From Ginglymostoma cirratum (Eukaryota), in contig JAHRHZ010000111.1 of assembly GCA_024137785.1 (NCBI GenBank), positions 34,607,830-34,671,829 on the forward strand: DNA of 64,000 bases, in the 5' to 3' direction. A model generated the notes under the pieces. It made no database searches and had not been told where the DNA came from. It saw only the letters and a list, made by a program, of their open reading frames with translations. This document shows positions 1 through 12,130 of this stretch, piece after piece. The position numbers were made by a program, and so were the translations under genes. How positions within the stretch are numbered: position 1 is the first letter of the stretch; each line of letters begins with the position of its first letter.

Positions 1-287
1 CAGAAGAACATCCTACTCCAACCCACCCCGACCCCAACCCCATAACCCCACATGGGATTTTTTTTTACTATGGCTAAACCACCTGACTTGCACAACTTTG
101 GACACTGTTGGCAATTAAGCATGGCCACCCCACCTAACCTGCACATCTTTGGGGTGTGGGAGGAAACCAGCACACCCAGAGGACCTCAAGGAAGAGTGCA
201 CAAACTCCACACAGACAGTCACTTGAGACTGGATTTGAACCCGGGTTCCTAGTGCTGTAAGTCAACAGTGCTAACCGTACCACCCAC
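1..287 (-). mobile_element. HE1-type tRNA-derived SINE (elasmobranch V-SINE), diverged
   Basis: Reverse complement has a tRNA-like head (ggttagcactg...ggttcaaatcc) followed by 'gactgtctgtgtggagtttgtgcac' and 'caaagatgtgcaggttaggtg'. Same family at 8617, 17167, 28619 and 46071. Confidence 0.85.
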
Positions 288-849
288 TTCTCTAAGGCCT
301 TGGGTTGTACTGTCCCCTCCCACCCAGGCCCTCAGTCCAGTCTTCCTTTTCTCCTTGGCTCCCTTCTGCATCCAGAGACCACCATTCAGTGAGCTGGCTG
401 TGAACTCTGGGAGTTTGAATCTGGGGATTGCTTGTAGTCCCTATCCTGTTCATTGTTGTCACTAGTGCTGCTGGGAGAACCACTGCTGCTGGCCACTGAG
501 TCTGCAGCTGACAGTGTACAAGCCGCTGCTATCTAAAATATCCAGCCTCTGGCCCTACAGCAGGAGCGAGCTGGTCACCTGGAAAGAAGACAGGAGAAAT
601 GAGGCAGTTCCCAGAATGCTGGAGGAGGAAAGATTGTTAATGAAACTCAAGAAAAGGCGAAAGAAAATGGATTGACCGTATTCGGTGGCATGAGAACCTG
701 CCGAAGGGGCTGACCGAAGGAAAGTTATAGGGATGTAGACTGAGTAAATGAAAGAAAAATGATTTTAGACAACTTTAGATTGAAAATGGGAGGCTTCAAT
801 GTGCAATTGCAGAGTAAAGCACAAGACCACAAAATGTGCAGAAAAGACC

Positions 850-1865
850 AGGGAAATATATTTCCAAGTCAGGATAGTGACTTGGAAGGATACTTACAAG
901 AGGTGATGTTCCCATGTATCTGCTACCCTTGTCCTCCTGGACAAGTGAATTATTTTTATCCATTTTTGCAATGTGGGCATCGCTGGCTGGCCAGCATTTA
1001 TTGCCCATCCCTAGCTGCCCTTGAGAAGATAGTGGTGAGCTTTCATCTTGAACCACTGCAGTCCTCCTGCTGTGAGTTGACCCAAAACGCCATTACGGAG
1101 GGAATTTCAGGATTTTGAACCAGTGACAGTGAAGGAACGGTAATATATTTCCAAGGCATGATGGTGAGCGGTTTGGACGGGAACTTGAAAGTCGTATTGT
1201 TTTCATGTATCTGTTGCCATTTTCCTTCTAGATGGAAGGGTTTGGGAGGTGCTGTCTGAGGACCTTTGGTGAATTCCTACAATGCATCTTGTAAATAGTA
1301 CACACTGATCCTACTGAGCGTTGGTGGTGGAGTGAATGGATGTTTGTGGATGTGGTGACAATCAAGTGGGCTGCTTTCTCCTGGATGCTGTTAAGCTTCC
1401 TGAGCATTGTTGGAGCTGCACTTAATCAGACATGTGGGGAGAACTCCAACACACTCCTGACTTGTGCCTTGTTGGTGGTGGACAGGCTTTGGAGAGTCAG
1501 GAGGTGAGTTATTTGCCACAGTTTTCCTAGTGTCTGACCTGCTCTTATAACCACTGTGTTAATGTGGTGAGTCCAATTAAATTTCTGGTCAATCAAGCGG
1601 CTTGCTTTGTCCTGGATGGTGACAAGCTTCTTGATGGAGCTACAATCATCCTGACAAATGCAGTGTACCCTATCACACAGCTGACTTGTGCCTTTAATTC
1701 TTGGCGGGCAGGCTTTGATGAGGTAGTGAGAGAGTTGCTCACTGCAGGATTCATAGCCTCAGACCAATTTTTGTAGCTATTGTATTTAAATGACTAGCTC
1801 AGCTCAGTTTCTGTTCAATTCTAAACTCCAGGACGTTGATTGTGGGATAATCAGTGATGGTAATA
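850..1865 (-). mobile_element. 3' fragments of a CR1/L2-group LINE, with internally repeated pieces
   Basis: The tail 'gctggccagcatttattgcccatccctagctgccc' (about 985-1020) and the body match the + strand copies at 9360-10830 and 15560-16010. 855-940 repeats 1140-1230, and 1595-1700 repeats 1365-1470. Confidence 0.75.
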
Positions 1866-1866
1866 T

Positions 1867-2056
1867 CCATCTTCTATCCCCCTCCCCCTCTCTCCCTATT
1901 TATTTCAGAACCTCCTTCCCCTCCCCCATTTCTGAAGAAGGGCCTAGGCCCGAAATGTCAGCTTTCCTGCTCCTATGATGCTGCTTGGCCTGCTGTGTTC
2001 ATCCAGCCCTACACTTTGTTGTCTCAGATTCTCCAGCATCTGCAGTTCCTACTATC
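1867..2056 (+). mobile_element. Penelope-like element family A, 3' end (pLTR) with hammerhead motif and tail
   Basis: Nearly the same sequence as the 3' UTR of the GIY-YIG-bearing copy at 56890-57533. Contains CTGAAGA-A-GGGCC-TA-GGCCC-GAAAT-GTC at 1932-1959. Confidence 0.85.
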
Positions 2057-2659
2057 AAGGAATGCCAGTAAGGTTCTGTCTTGCTTACATTCACTGGATT
2101 ATTGTAGGGTATGGAAGTGCAACAGTGATATTACTGGAACGTAACTATTCCAATTTCACACCCTAAAAAGCTGATTATACCTGCTTTCCAAATACTAGTA
2201 GTTCTCAGTAAACGGTAAACTAATATTTTGTCTTACTGTATGTGATTGATTTCTCACAGATTCCTACAATTAGAACAAAGTTTAGAAGAAATTTTATGTG
2301 ATACACTTTTAAACATTATAAAGCTTCTCTTTGACAGTAATAATTCAAACACTTTATTTAAAAAATAGCTCTTTGAAATTAAGTGGATTTGATATAAATA
2401 ATACATTTAGTTTTGGTAAAAGGATTGTTTTATCTGATTGATGAAAAATGAATAATTTATTAATTAATAAGCAATGATCCAAGTTTTCAAATTCTAGTTT
2501 TAAGGTAATTTTACAGGTCCCATTAGTTGTTTCCATCTGTCAGCGAATACTTTTCACTTGGAGTCAACTGCCTGCCTTCTAACAGATTTATTTCAATTAG
2601 TCCAGTGACAGCTATATTAGGAAGTTTGAACATTATGTTGTTATGCTGTAATGGAAAAA

Positions 2660-2935
2660 GGAAAGAAAGGTTTGGATTTATGTAGCACCTCTCATGACTA
2701 CTGACATTTCAAAGTACTTTTTAGCTGATAAATACTTTTCAAGTGTGATGTCTTTTGCAATGTAGGAAATGCAGCAATTAATTTGTGTGCTGGAAATTCC
2801 CACAAACAGAAAAGGTAATCCCCAGATACTTTGTGTTTGTAATTTCGATTGAAGGTTAAGTATTAGCCAGGACATTGGAGATAACTCTGCTAATTTTTGA
2901 AAAGTTGCCATGAGGCCTTTACATACACCTAAGAG
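2660..2935 (-). mobile_element. Deu-domain SINE (SacSINE1/AmnSINE1-like), old
   Basis: Reverse complement reads 'gtaaaggcctcatggcaactttt...tgtcctggctaatactt...ctgtttgtgggaatt...tttcctacattgc...ttgaaaagtattt', which resembles the recalled Deu-domain consensus with an L2-type tail. Second copy at 23915-24157. Confidence 0.7.
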
Positions 2936-3082
2936 ATGAATTTATTGTATCATTATAATATGTTTGTAAAAATGTTTGAATGATAAAAAAAGATAATAAA
3001 AAGAGAATGCATGGATGGGTTCGATTTTTTGTCCAATTCAATAGATAACTTAGTACAGCACATAAATGCCAATAATGGTTTA

Positions 3083-3270
3083 TAGAATCATTGAGTCATC
3101 TGGTCATACAGCATGGAAGCAGACCCTTTGGTTCAACTCATCCATGCCGACGAAGTTTCCCAAACTAAACTAGTCCCACTTGCCTGCGTTTGACCCATAC
3201 CCGTCTAAAACTTTCCTATTCATGTATGTGTCCAAACATCTTTTAAATACTGTAACTGCACCTGCGTCTA
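3083..3270 (-). mobile_element. CR1/HER1 LINE 3' end
   Basis: 'tagaatcattgagtcat...catacagcatggaagcagaccctttggttcaactcatccatgccgac' is the tail also seen at 17880-18170 and 38968-39575. Confidence 0.8.
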
Positions 3271-4471
3271 GATTTCGTTGAACTTGACTGCTCATATCAT
3301 GCGTATGCTTGACCAATCTCATTGTATGCTTTAAAATATCAATTCAAAATATTGTTAAACTAAATTTAACTGATGATCATTTATAATTTGCAAAAATTGA
3401 TCCTTTAATTGCAGGTGTCCATCCCCTTCTCAGCTTATCAGCTTCTGGAGTCGTCTTCCTATTATTTATTATCTCTAGATTCCACTATTCCAATACTCTC
3501 CTGAGCAGTCTCCACGCACTTGGACTCTTTCAAAACTCTACTGCCAGAATCTTGACTTGCAAGAAGTCCCAAATACCCAGTGCTCTTTTGTTCACTGACC
3601 TGCATTGATTCCCGGTCCATGAACTTCTTATTTCTTTTCCTTTTCTGTACCCAGAAGAGCCCCTCCATTTATTTATCAACACTTCTATGTTGGCCTGGGA
3701 TATCATTATTATGTTAAAAGCACTATATATAAATATTTCATTGTTGTTTATAGAAAATAAAACGTCCTGAATTTAATGCCTTTTGAATAAATGTTTGGCA
3801 TGATTCTCTTTGCTGTGCTTTGGATCGTCTGGGAACACCATGTACATCTAGCAAGCTTTTCAATAGAGGAAGACCCGTGTTAATACTCAATTGTGTCAGT
3901 TAAACTGGACAGTATCATTGGTTTGATTGTTGGTAGAATCCCTTAGGATCCAGAATGTATCATTTCTTGTCCAAAACTAAAGTGATTGGAACACCTAGAG
4001 ATCATAACAGAGTGGTTATTTTGTAAAGTAGCTATAGGAATGTGCCACATAGCACATGAGGCATTGTTATTTTCAAAAAGCAGGTATGAACAAAAGAAAA
4101 GTGAACAATTCATACTAAATTACAGACTCAGTAATCACCTTAGTATGTGAAACAAAATAAAGAAAACACATACGATTTCTCCAAATACAGGGACTGAAAT
4201 TATAGCAGGCTGAATTTGTGTGTGCAAATGGGACAAAACAGATCCCATGGCAACCAAACAGAAGGATATAGTCCCATTCCTCATTATGTGTTGGAGCTAT
4301 TAACAGATGTGGGAAAAGCTGCCCATAGGAGGTGCATAGGAGGTGGCTGTCTTCATTTGCATTTTAGAAAGTGGGGTGAAAGCCAGGCCCAATGTCCTTA
4401 ATGGATCCCCTTAATGGATCAAATTTAAAGAATAAAGCGTCTTCACAGACAAGATTAACCACATTTATGGC

Positions 4472-4558
4472 AAGACCTGAAACATTACCTCTGTTCTGTC
4501 TCTACCAGAGATGCTGCCAGACCTGCTATGTAGTCCAACATCTTCTGCTTTTATTTTT
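4472..4558 (+). mobile_element. PLE family B fragment
   Basis: 'gacctgaaacattacctctgtt...agatgctgccagacctgct...' matches the arms at 10280-10460 and 16047-16251. Confidence 0.65.
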
Positions 4559-4794
4559 GGGAGTGTCTGGAGCTTGCTTAACTCTCAAACGATATTGCAC
4601 CTTTTGTCACCAAGCAAGGGTTTTAATCAGGCTTTGCAAGGTATAAAGGGCAGAATTCTCCAGACTGTCTGGAGCTCCCCGTACACGATCTGTTGACTTA
4701 ATAGTCATGAATGGTAGATGTGCATGAGGCTCTGTCAATCGGAAAATATGTTGACCAAAACCACAGGATCAATCCAAAGGCAACCTTCTCCATC

Positions 4795-5500
4795 ATAAGA
4801 ACACAGGAAGAAGAGGCTATTTGGCCCGCTCAACCTCTCCTGTCATGTAATTAGATCATGAATAATCTGATTGCAGCCTTGAGCCCAGTATCCTACCTTC
4901 TATACCAAAACCTCTAACCCGTCTGTTGATCCAAATTTTATCTAACAGAGCATTAAATGTATTCAATGCTACAGCCTTCACTGCTCTCTGAAGTTGTGAA
5001 TTCCAAAGATTACCAACTCACTGAGAGAAGAAATTCCTCCTTATCTGAGTCTTAAATGGTAGATCATTCATTTTGAAATTGTGTCATTAGTTCTAAGTTC
5101 CTCCATGGGTGAGAACATTTTTTTTAAGATCCTTGAAGGCAGGACTTCAAGTCCAGATGATTTTCAAACATTACTCCCATGAGTTTTCCTGAGTACTTTT
5201 GGCTATCATTTTTCATTCCTACTTCCCTTTCGCCACTTGATTTTCTATTATTCTTGTAGTGCTTTCTGTGTTGTTTACTAAGACAACTGCAAGATTCATA
5301 TTGAATATCTGTTATTCCTTCTTTCCCATTATTAAATCTCTCATCTCACACTCAAAGGGTCAAATGTTTACTTTAACCATGCTCTCCATTGTGTTGTCCT
5401 CGTAGAAGCTCACATTGCCTATTTTTATATTTCATGCTGGTTTTCTCTTATATTGTCAACTTAACCCTTTAATTTTTGCTAACCATGAAAGATCCACACA
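4795..5500 (-). mobile_element. Old CR1 LINE 3' end and internal remnants
   Basis: 'cataagaacacaggaagaagaggctatttggccc...gaattccaaagatt...gagaagaaattcctccttatc' resembles the tail of the CR1 at 33462. Confidence 0.6.
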
Positions 5501-6370
5501 ATTATTTGGTACAATCATAGAACCCTTGCCAGATAGTATTAAGTGGATAGCTAATTAGTGCAAGACTTCCTATGTTGCTTTGATTTGTTTAATGAAAATA
5601 AAAATTAGTTATGATGCAAAATAGGCTGTTATCACCAATTTGACATTATCTCATCAAGTCAGATTACCCCCATGTGTTATTTTGCAAAGGTAGGATGTTG
5701 TTAAAAGGTATTGTGTTTTTAAGTTTTAATCACCGTTGGGAATAAGGTGAATGTTGCTGAATACAAAATATAATTACTTGTATGCAACAATTGGTTCTAA
5801 ATTGAATTAGCTACATTATCAATCATGTAAAAATGTTTCCAAAAGTGTTGAAACTTCAGCATGATACAAATTATTGTTGGTCACTATGTAATGACCATAC
5901 AAATTGACCACTAAAAGTGATTGAATGATTATCAGGTAATAAAATTACCTATGAACTGTGAGGCTGCTTTTTTAATTAAAAGAGTGAACTGCAGGAGGCA
6001 CTATCACAGAAAGAAATATAGAAGCAGACTGAAAGGGAAAATGTGACTATGGTTACCAGAGATTCTGTACTGAGGAAAAGAGGTGGCCACGTATGTGAAA
6101 AAGGAGGCAGACGTCTGGAGTTAGACCAGATCAGATTGAGAAAAAAAAAATCTACCAAGGGAAGAAGAAACGATTCCCTGTGATTATCCACGGAGGGGTA
6201 AGTGGCTCACAGAGAAATCACAAAGAGCTTTAAAATGCTTGGCAGGTGTGTTTGACAGTTCAGCTGTAAAAAAACTTCTTCTGATACCTCCAGGGTTTGT
6301 AAAAGTATTGAGATTACCAAGAAAGCTGAGGTTTCAGATAAGTAGTTGGCAAAGTAATGATGCACTTTCT

Positions 6371-7241
6371 GTAAAGAATTAGGAATATTTTCATTCCATT
6401 AAAGGGTCCATTAAGGGGAGAAAGCTGCAATTAAACATTACAGGAACAAAAAGCCTGGCTAAGGGATATGAAAGTAGTTATTGAGAATAATGCAGAATGC
6501 ATAAGTGAATCAAAAATGAAGGAAGTTAAAGAATGTAAAGTGACCAAAAGCTTATTAACAACACAGAAGGATAACTGGTATGAAATAGAGGTGGAATTTA
6601 AATGTGCCCTAGAACATGACTGATAAAGGACCTGATTGCAATTGAAACACACACCTCATCTCTATGATAGCAGTTAGCTATAGGCATTTCAATCGAGCAT
6701 CTCAATGTAACCCATTGCTTGAAAGCTCCAGAAGTTTGCTTCCATGCTGCTGAGCCCTCCTCAGTAAGGTAAGAAAAGCTGGTATTTCTGAGTGGGTTTC
6801 TGAGCTCCTTTTGGGTAGTAATATGATATTCCATTGACCCCAGGTAGGTGCAGATCACCACATGGAGGACTCCAGCGTGATTGATTTTACGTAACTGTTG
6901 GGATTGTGACACAAGGAATTTCAGAGCCTTAAGATTCTAGTTACACTTTGCCTTTGAATGTTTGCAGTATTGTTTAACAAGTTCTCTCCAAGTTTAAGTG
7001 AAAAATGGCCCACATGAAACCTCTGAAATAGGTCTCAGTCAAGACCACTACATTGGTAATAGTTTACGACAGATAACCACGCATCCCTTGCCCCACTTTT
7101 GATTCACTTATGCATTCTGCATTATTCTCAATAACTACTTTCATATCCCTTAGCCAGGCTTTTTGTTCCTGTAATGTTTAATTGCAGCTTTCTCCCCTTA
7201 ATGGACCCTTTAATGGAATGAAAATATTCCTAATTCTTTAC
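6371..7241. repeat. Perfect 145-bp inverted repeat (6371-6515 / 7097-7241), 581-bp spacer
   Basis: Base-by-base comparison shows 7097-7241 is the exact reverse complement of 6371-6515. Confidence 0.97.
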
Positions 7242-7304
7242 TTACCCCATGCATCCCTTGCTCAGAACCTACTAAACTTTCCCAGTGACAGAAGATTACA
7301 GATG

Positions 7305-7415
7305 GGAAAGGCTAATTCTATTTCTCTCCCTACACATGCTGCCCATAACCTGCTCAGCATTTCCAGCATTTCTGTTTTTATTTCAAATTTCCAATATTTG
7401 CACTGTGCTGCTTTT
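7305..7415 (+). mobile_element. PLE family B fragment, diverged
   Basis: 'acctgctcagcatttccagcatttctgtttttatttcaaatttccaatatttgca' matches the family B 3' arm and tail. Confidence 0.6.
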
Positions 7416-7494
7416 CAACCAGTTTCACCTTCATTTATTGCATTGTGACAAACTTTAGAGGTAGCACAAGTCATTGATTAACAACATGGCAAAT

Positions 7495-7727
7495 AGGAGT
7501 GCAGTGACAATGTCAGAAAGCTAGAAATCCAGAACTCCACACTAAGGTTCTGGGGACATAGGTTTGAATTCCAGTCTGAAATTAAAGGCAATTCAAACTG
7601 ATTGCTATTAAAATCCATTAGGTTTACTAATGTCCTTACCTGGTCTGTTCTACCTGTGACTCCAGACCCACAACAATGTGGTTGACTCTTAACTCTGCTG
7701 TGGGAAATTAGGGCTGGACAATACATT
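7495..7727 (+). mobile_element. tRNA-derived SINE with conserved central domain (MetaSINE-like), diverged
   Basis: 'ccttacctggtctg...gtgactccagacccacaacaatgtggttgactcttaact' core shared with 26280-26895, 49768-49932 and 55535-55896. Confidence 0.75.
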
Positions 7728-8616
7728 TGACTGCAATATCTCTAGTTTACGTGATGCACAGCATGCTCAAGTTCCATTATGATTTGATTACAAACCGCAA
7801 CAGTGTATCATGGATAAGTGTTACAATAATTTCAAAAGGTTTTTAATAAATAACATTGGCAGACTGTAGGCAGCATTCCACCATCAACAGTATTCTATTG
7901 GACTCATTCAATAACAGGTGCCTCGCCAATCTGTGCGAAGGATTTGTAATTGAAATCTGGTACTGAAAATTTGCTTTGAATTTCATTAAAAAAGCAAACC
8001 AAATTGGTGTTCATTCACTGGGAATGAATGGATGAGATTATGAATAGAAAACAGATCTTAATGTGAATAAGTATGTTTATGTAAGTTCGAATACAAAATC
8101 AATAACTGCTTTTCAACAAAGATAGAAAGGTACTTTGCAGTGATTAGTGAGTATTCAATGCAAAATTCCAGTTGGAAACAGTGAAGTATCACGATGCATC
8201 TTGAGAGAATGTTATTCTAAACATTGAATAAGCCTGTGGTGATGTAACAAGGTTAGCTCTACCACAATACAAACTAAATTGAACATCCTGTCATTCAGGT
8301 AATAATACAGTATTATAAAATAAAATATTGCATTTGATGTAAACCTGAAATAAAAACTCTTGAGTATCGTCAGGACTTTTGTTTTTATCATATACATCAA
8401 AACAGAAATTAATGAAATTGAAAGATACAACATTGAATGGACAAAAATTAGCAATGAAGCTATGTAACAATTTTGATAATGTAATGTAATTCTATGTGAG
8501 AGAATGGTTTATACATCTGCATGTCATGGGTAGCTTTATAACTTGTTTAACAACCATTTGGCCTTTGTATAGTGCTTTTAGCCTAATAAAACATCTCAAA
8601 GATACTTCACAAAGAT

Positions 8617-8911
8617 CCATAGAATCCCCACAGTGTGGAAACAGGCCCTTCATTTCATCGAGTCCATACTGACCATCTGAAGAGCATCCCACTCAGACCC
8701 ACACCTGTAACCTATCCCTGTAACCCTGAATGCCCCATGGTTAACCCACCTAGCCTGCACATCTTTGGACTGTGGGAGAAAACCAGAGCACCCGGAAGAA
8801 ACCAGCGCAGACACGGGGAGAATGTGCAAACTCCACACAGACAGTCACCCGAGTCTGGAATCGAACCTGTGTCCCTGGTGCTGTGAGGTAGCAGTGCTAA
8901 CCACTGAGCCT
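8617..8911 (-). mobile_element. HE1-type SINE inserted in an L2-like remnant (about 8560-9020)
   Basis: Full head 'ggctcagtggttagcactgctacctcacagcaccagggac', V-domain and 'gggattctatg' tail on the minus strand. Confidence 0.92.
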
Positions 8912-10279
8912 TGGATCGAATACAATAGGGAGTTATCAAGCCAGCTGACCAACAAATTAGGGGATAAGTTTTTTAGGAGTGTCTTGAAGAATAAAAATGG
9001 GCTGGAGATTTAGAGGCTTTGGTAAAGTCAGAGAAAAGGAGAAAGATTGTTTATTTGCTGAAAAAGGCAGGGAATCATTTACTTTGCTCACAAAAAGGCA
9101 GAAAGCTTCAGTTTTAGTTGCAGAGGGCAGGAAACATTCACTTTAGCTTCAAAAAACACAGGGATACCCTCCAGTTAGCAATACAGAGAAGCTGCATTGC
9201 TCTACCTCACAGTTTAAAGCCTTTAAGATGAGGAGAATAAAGCAGCTTTGACGCATTGAAGAACTAAAAGCTTTTAAAACAAAAAGAATAAGGCAGCATT
9301 GAGAAAATGCAGAACTGAAATACTTTAACGGAAGAAAAAAAGAAATAATCACATTCGTAAGAAACGATGGGAGAAATGATGCTGCCAGGAAGATTTCCTC
9401 AGAGTAGTGTCTGAGGACTAGCCACCTTCACTTACATCATCAGTGAACTTCCTTTGACCATGAGGTCAGAATGAGGATGTTTTGCTGATGATTGCACAAC
9501 GCTCAGTTCTATTCGTGACTCTGCAGATACTAAACCAATCTTCATTCATATACAAATCTTTACAACATCCAAATTTGGACTGATGTGTGGCACGAATGTT
9601 AATTGCCACTTAACTGCCAGGCAAAAGCCATGTCCAAGAAGAGAGAATCTAACTATCTCCTCTTAACATGCTATGCCGTTATCATTACTGAGTCCTCCAA
9701 ATATCAACATCACAGAATCATTACTGGAAGGAGGTCTTTTGGCCCACTTTGTCTGCACTGGCTCTCCAAGAGTTCCCTTTGTGTAAATCCCTTGCCTTTT
9801 CCCCATAATCTGCACATCCTTTCTTTACAGTTAACTGTCTAATTAACTTTTGAATGTTTTAATTAAACCTACTTGATCTGTCACATTATGCAGCAGTGCA
9901 TTCCCAACTTAAACGTTCACTGCTTATTTTACAAATTACTTCATGATTCTGAACATGTCTATCAAATCTTCTCCCAGAATTCTTTTCTCCAAGATCTAGG
10001 AGGTCACCATTGACCAGAAATTGAAACAGACCAACCATATAAATATTGAGTTTATAAGAGCAGATCAGGGACAGGGTAACTCACCTTCTCTCTATCCAAA
10101 GCCAATCTACTGTCTGCAAGGTACACGTCAGGTGTGTGATGGGATATTTTCCATTTCCCTGGATGGTGCAGCTCCATCAATACTCGAGAAGCTCAATACC
10201 ATCCAAGGCAAAGGAACCTGTTTGATTGACACTCCATCCACACCTTCAACATTCAACTCCTCCCAACAACAATATGGAA

Positions 10280-10460
10280 CAAAAACAAAGTTGCTGGAAA
10301 AGCTCAGCAGGTCTGGCAGCATCTGTGAAGGAGAAAACAGAGTTAACGTTTCGGGTCCAGTGACCCTTCCTCAGAACTCAGTTGCTGCCAGACCTGCTGA
10401 CCTTTTCCAGCAACTTTGTTTTTGTTCCTGATTTACAGCATCCATAGTTCTTTCCGTTTT
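10280..10460. mobile_element. PLE family B fold-back insertion
   Basis: Inverted arms (caaaaacaaagttgctggaaaag / cttttccagcaactttgtttttg), a tail on the right arm only, and flanking direct repeat TATGGAA (10273-10279 / 10461-10467). Confidence 0.85.
10340..10379 (-). ncRNA. Minimal type I hammerhead ribozyme motif (family B)
   Basis: Minus strand reads GAGTT-CTGAGGA-A-GGGTC-ACTG-GACCC-GAAAC-GTT-AACTC: 5-bp stem I, 5-bp stem II, intact core and palindromic ACGT stem III. Activity is untested. Confidence 0.8.
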
Positions 10461-10856
10461 TATGGAATGGCAGCAGTGGCTACTAATTACAATATGCAAT
10501 GCAGCATTTGCCGAACCATCTTTGACAGCGCCTTCCAAATGTGCAGCGTCCACCAACTAGAAGGTCAAAGACAGCAGACACATGGAAACACCATTTCCTG
10601 TAAGTTTCCCTACAAGTCACACACCATTCTAGTTTGGCATTTTATTGCTGTTCCTTTGGTATCAGTGGGTCAACGTATTGGAACTCCCTTCCCAACAATA
10701 CAGTATGAGCGATTACACCCCATGGACGGTTATGATTCAAGAAAGCAACTCACTGTCACCCGAATGATAATTAGCAATAGGCAATAAATACTGTCCCAGG
10801 CAGTAACAGTTACATTATCTTAATAAATTGAAACAAAACAAGTCTCCTATTAGTCA

Positions 10857-11044
10857 GAGATAGCAGGAACTCCAGATGCTGGAGAACCTGAGATAACAGG
10901 TGTAGAGCTAGATGAACACAGCAGGCCAAGCAGGATCAGAGCAGCAGGAAGGCTAACTTTTCAGGCCTAGACCTGAAATGTCAGACTTCCTGCTCCTCTG
11001 ATGCTGCTTGGCCTGCTGTGTTCATCCAGCTCTACACCTTGTTA
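10857..11044. mobile_element. PLE family A hairpin insertion
   Basis: Inverted arms of about 75 bp folding back inside hammerhead stem II. 14-bp TSD TCTCCTATTAGTCA (10843-10856 / 11045-11058). Confidence 0.92.
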
Positions 11045-12116
11045 TCTCCTATTAGTCAATTGAGTTCACCTAATTTGTTTAAAAGGGTTACTGACTGCCA
11101 AGGTCGATGTCAATGGCTATAATTTAGAATCGCAGCTCAATTTCAGAACTCACCAATGACAGTTCTCTAACAGTTGTAAGCTACTTACCTCCTGGATTCT
11201 GCTCCTCCATCCAATTAGATCATGGTGATCTGTATCTCAAATCACTCACACGCCTTAGCTCCAAATCCCACGGTACCCCAACCTATAATCAAAATTCATT
11301 GGTCTTAGTCTTAGAAACTCAATTTTCCAAGCAGTCACATAGATAGAGAGAGGCTCCTAAACCAAGGCAATCAACATGGAAAAAATAGATACAAGTTATA
11401 AACCAGTTAACCATTCAGGAATTGGAAACAGTTGCAATGTTGGACATGCTAACTTTTGGCTCAGAACTTAACCTGTGCCTTATCTCCTTGTTGAGATGAA
11501 TTGTAAGATCCTATTACAATTATTAGAGAAGGTCAGAGAGATGGATTCGCAGGTTCTTGGCCAACAGTTCTCTTTTAACCAGTTCCACTAAAAGGCAAAT
11601 GAAATGTTCGTGTATCTCAACACAGTTCCTGGGATGTTGTGAGTGTAGAATGGCAACTCTTTCATCCTACAAAGCAAGTAAATGCACTTGAAAAAAGTCA
11701 TCCATTGAAGTCTCCACATTTTTCTCAATGCAATGTATGGGTTTATAATGCAGAAGGAGGTCAGCTTAAATAACATCAAGGACTGGGCTTATCCTCAAGG
11801 TTAGAGTGAGGAAGCAATGCAACAAGCAATTGAATATGTTTGTCAGGGAAGATTTGTAAAAAGTCACACTCATTCACACCCATTTCCATTTTTTTTTGTA
11901 TCATCCACCCGCTCTGTGCATTTCGTGTCATATTAAACCCTTCACTAATCAATCACAGCTAAAGGATGTGACTATTGTCAATCTGAAAAGGTCACCAAAT
12001 AAATGTCTACATTACCTAGCAACAGCTTCCTCTGGCTATATCCTTTCAGAACCAAACGCATTTCTCTCAAAGTGCCTTTTCAGAATTCTTCCATGAAAGA
12101 TCTGACTGCTACTCAT

Positions 12117-12130
12117 GTTACCATGGAAAC
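12117..12130. promoter_or_regulatory. Candidate RFX X-box
   Basis: GTTACCATGGAAAC fits the RFX consensus GTTNCCATGGNAAC. Motif match only. Confidence 0.35.

Larger units (their letters stand above)
9360..10830 (+). mobile_element. CR1/L2-group LINE, decayed RT C-terminus and 3' UTR, with nested insertions
   Basis: 'tttgctgatgattgc' (FADD) at about 9481, ORF fragment CQAKAMSKKRESN, and 3' tail 'aattagcaataggcaataaatactg'. Interrupted by a CR1 tail (about 9710-9995) and a PLE hairpin. Confidence 0.75.
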
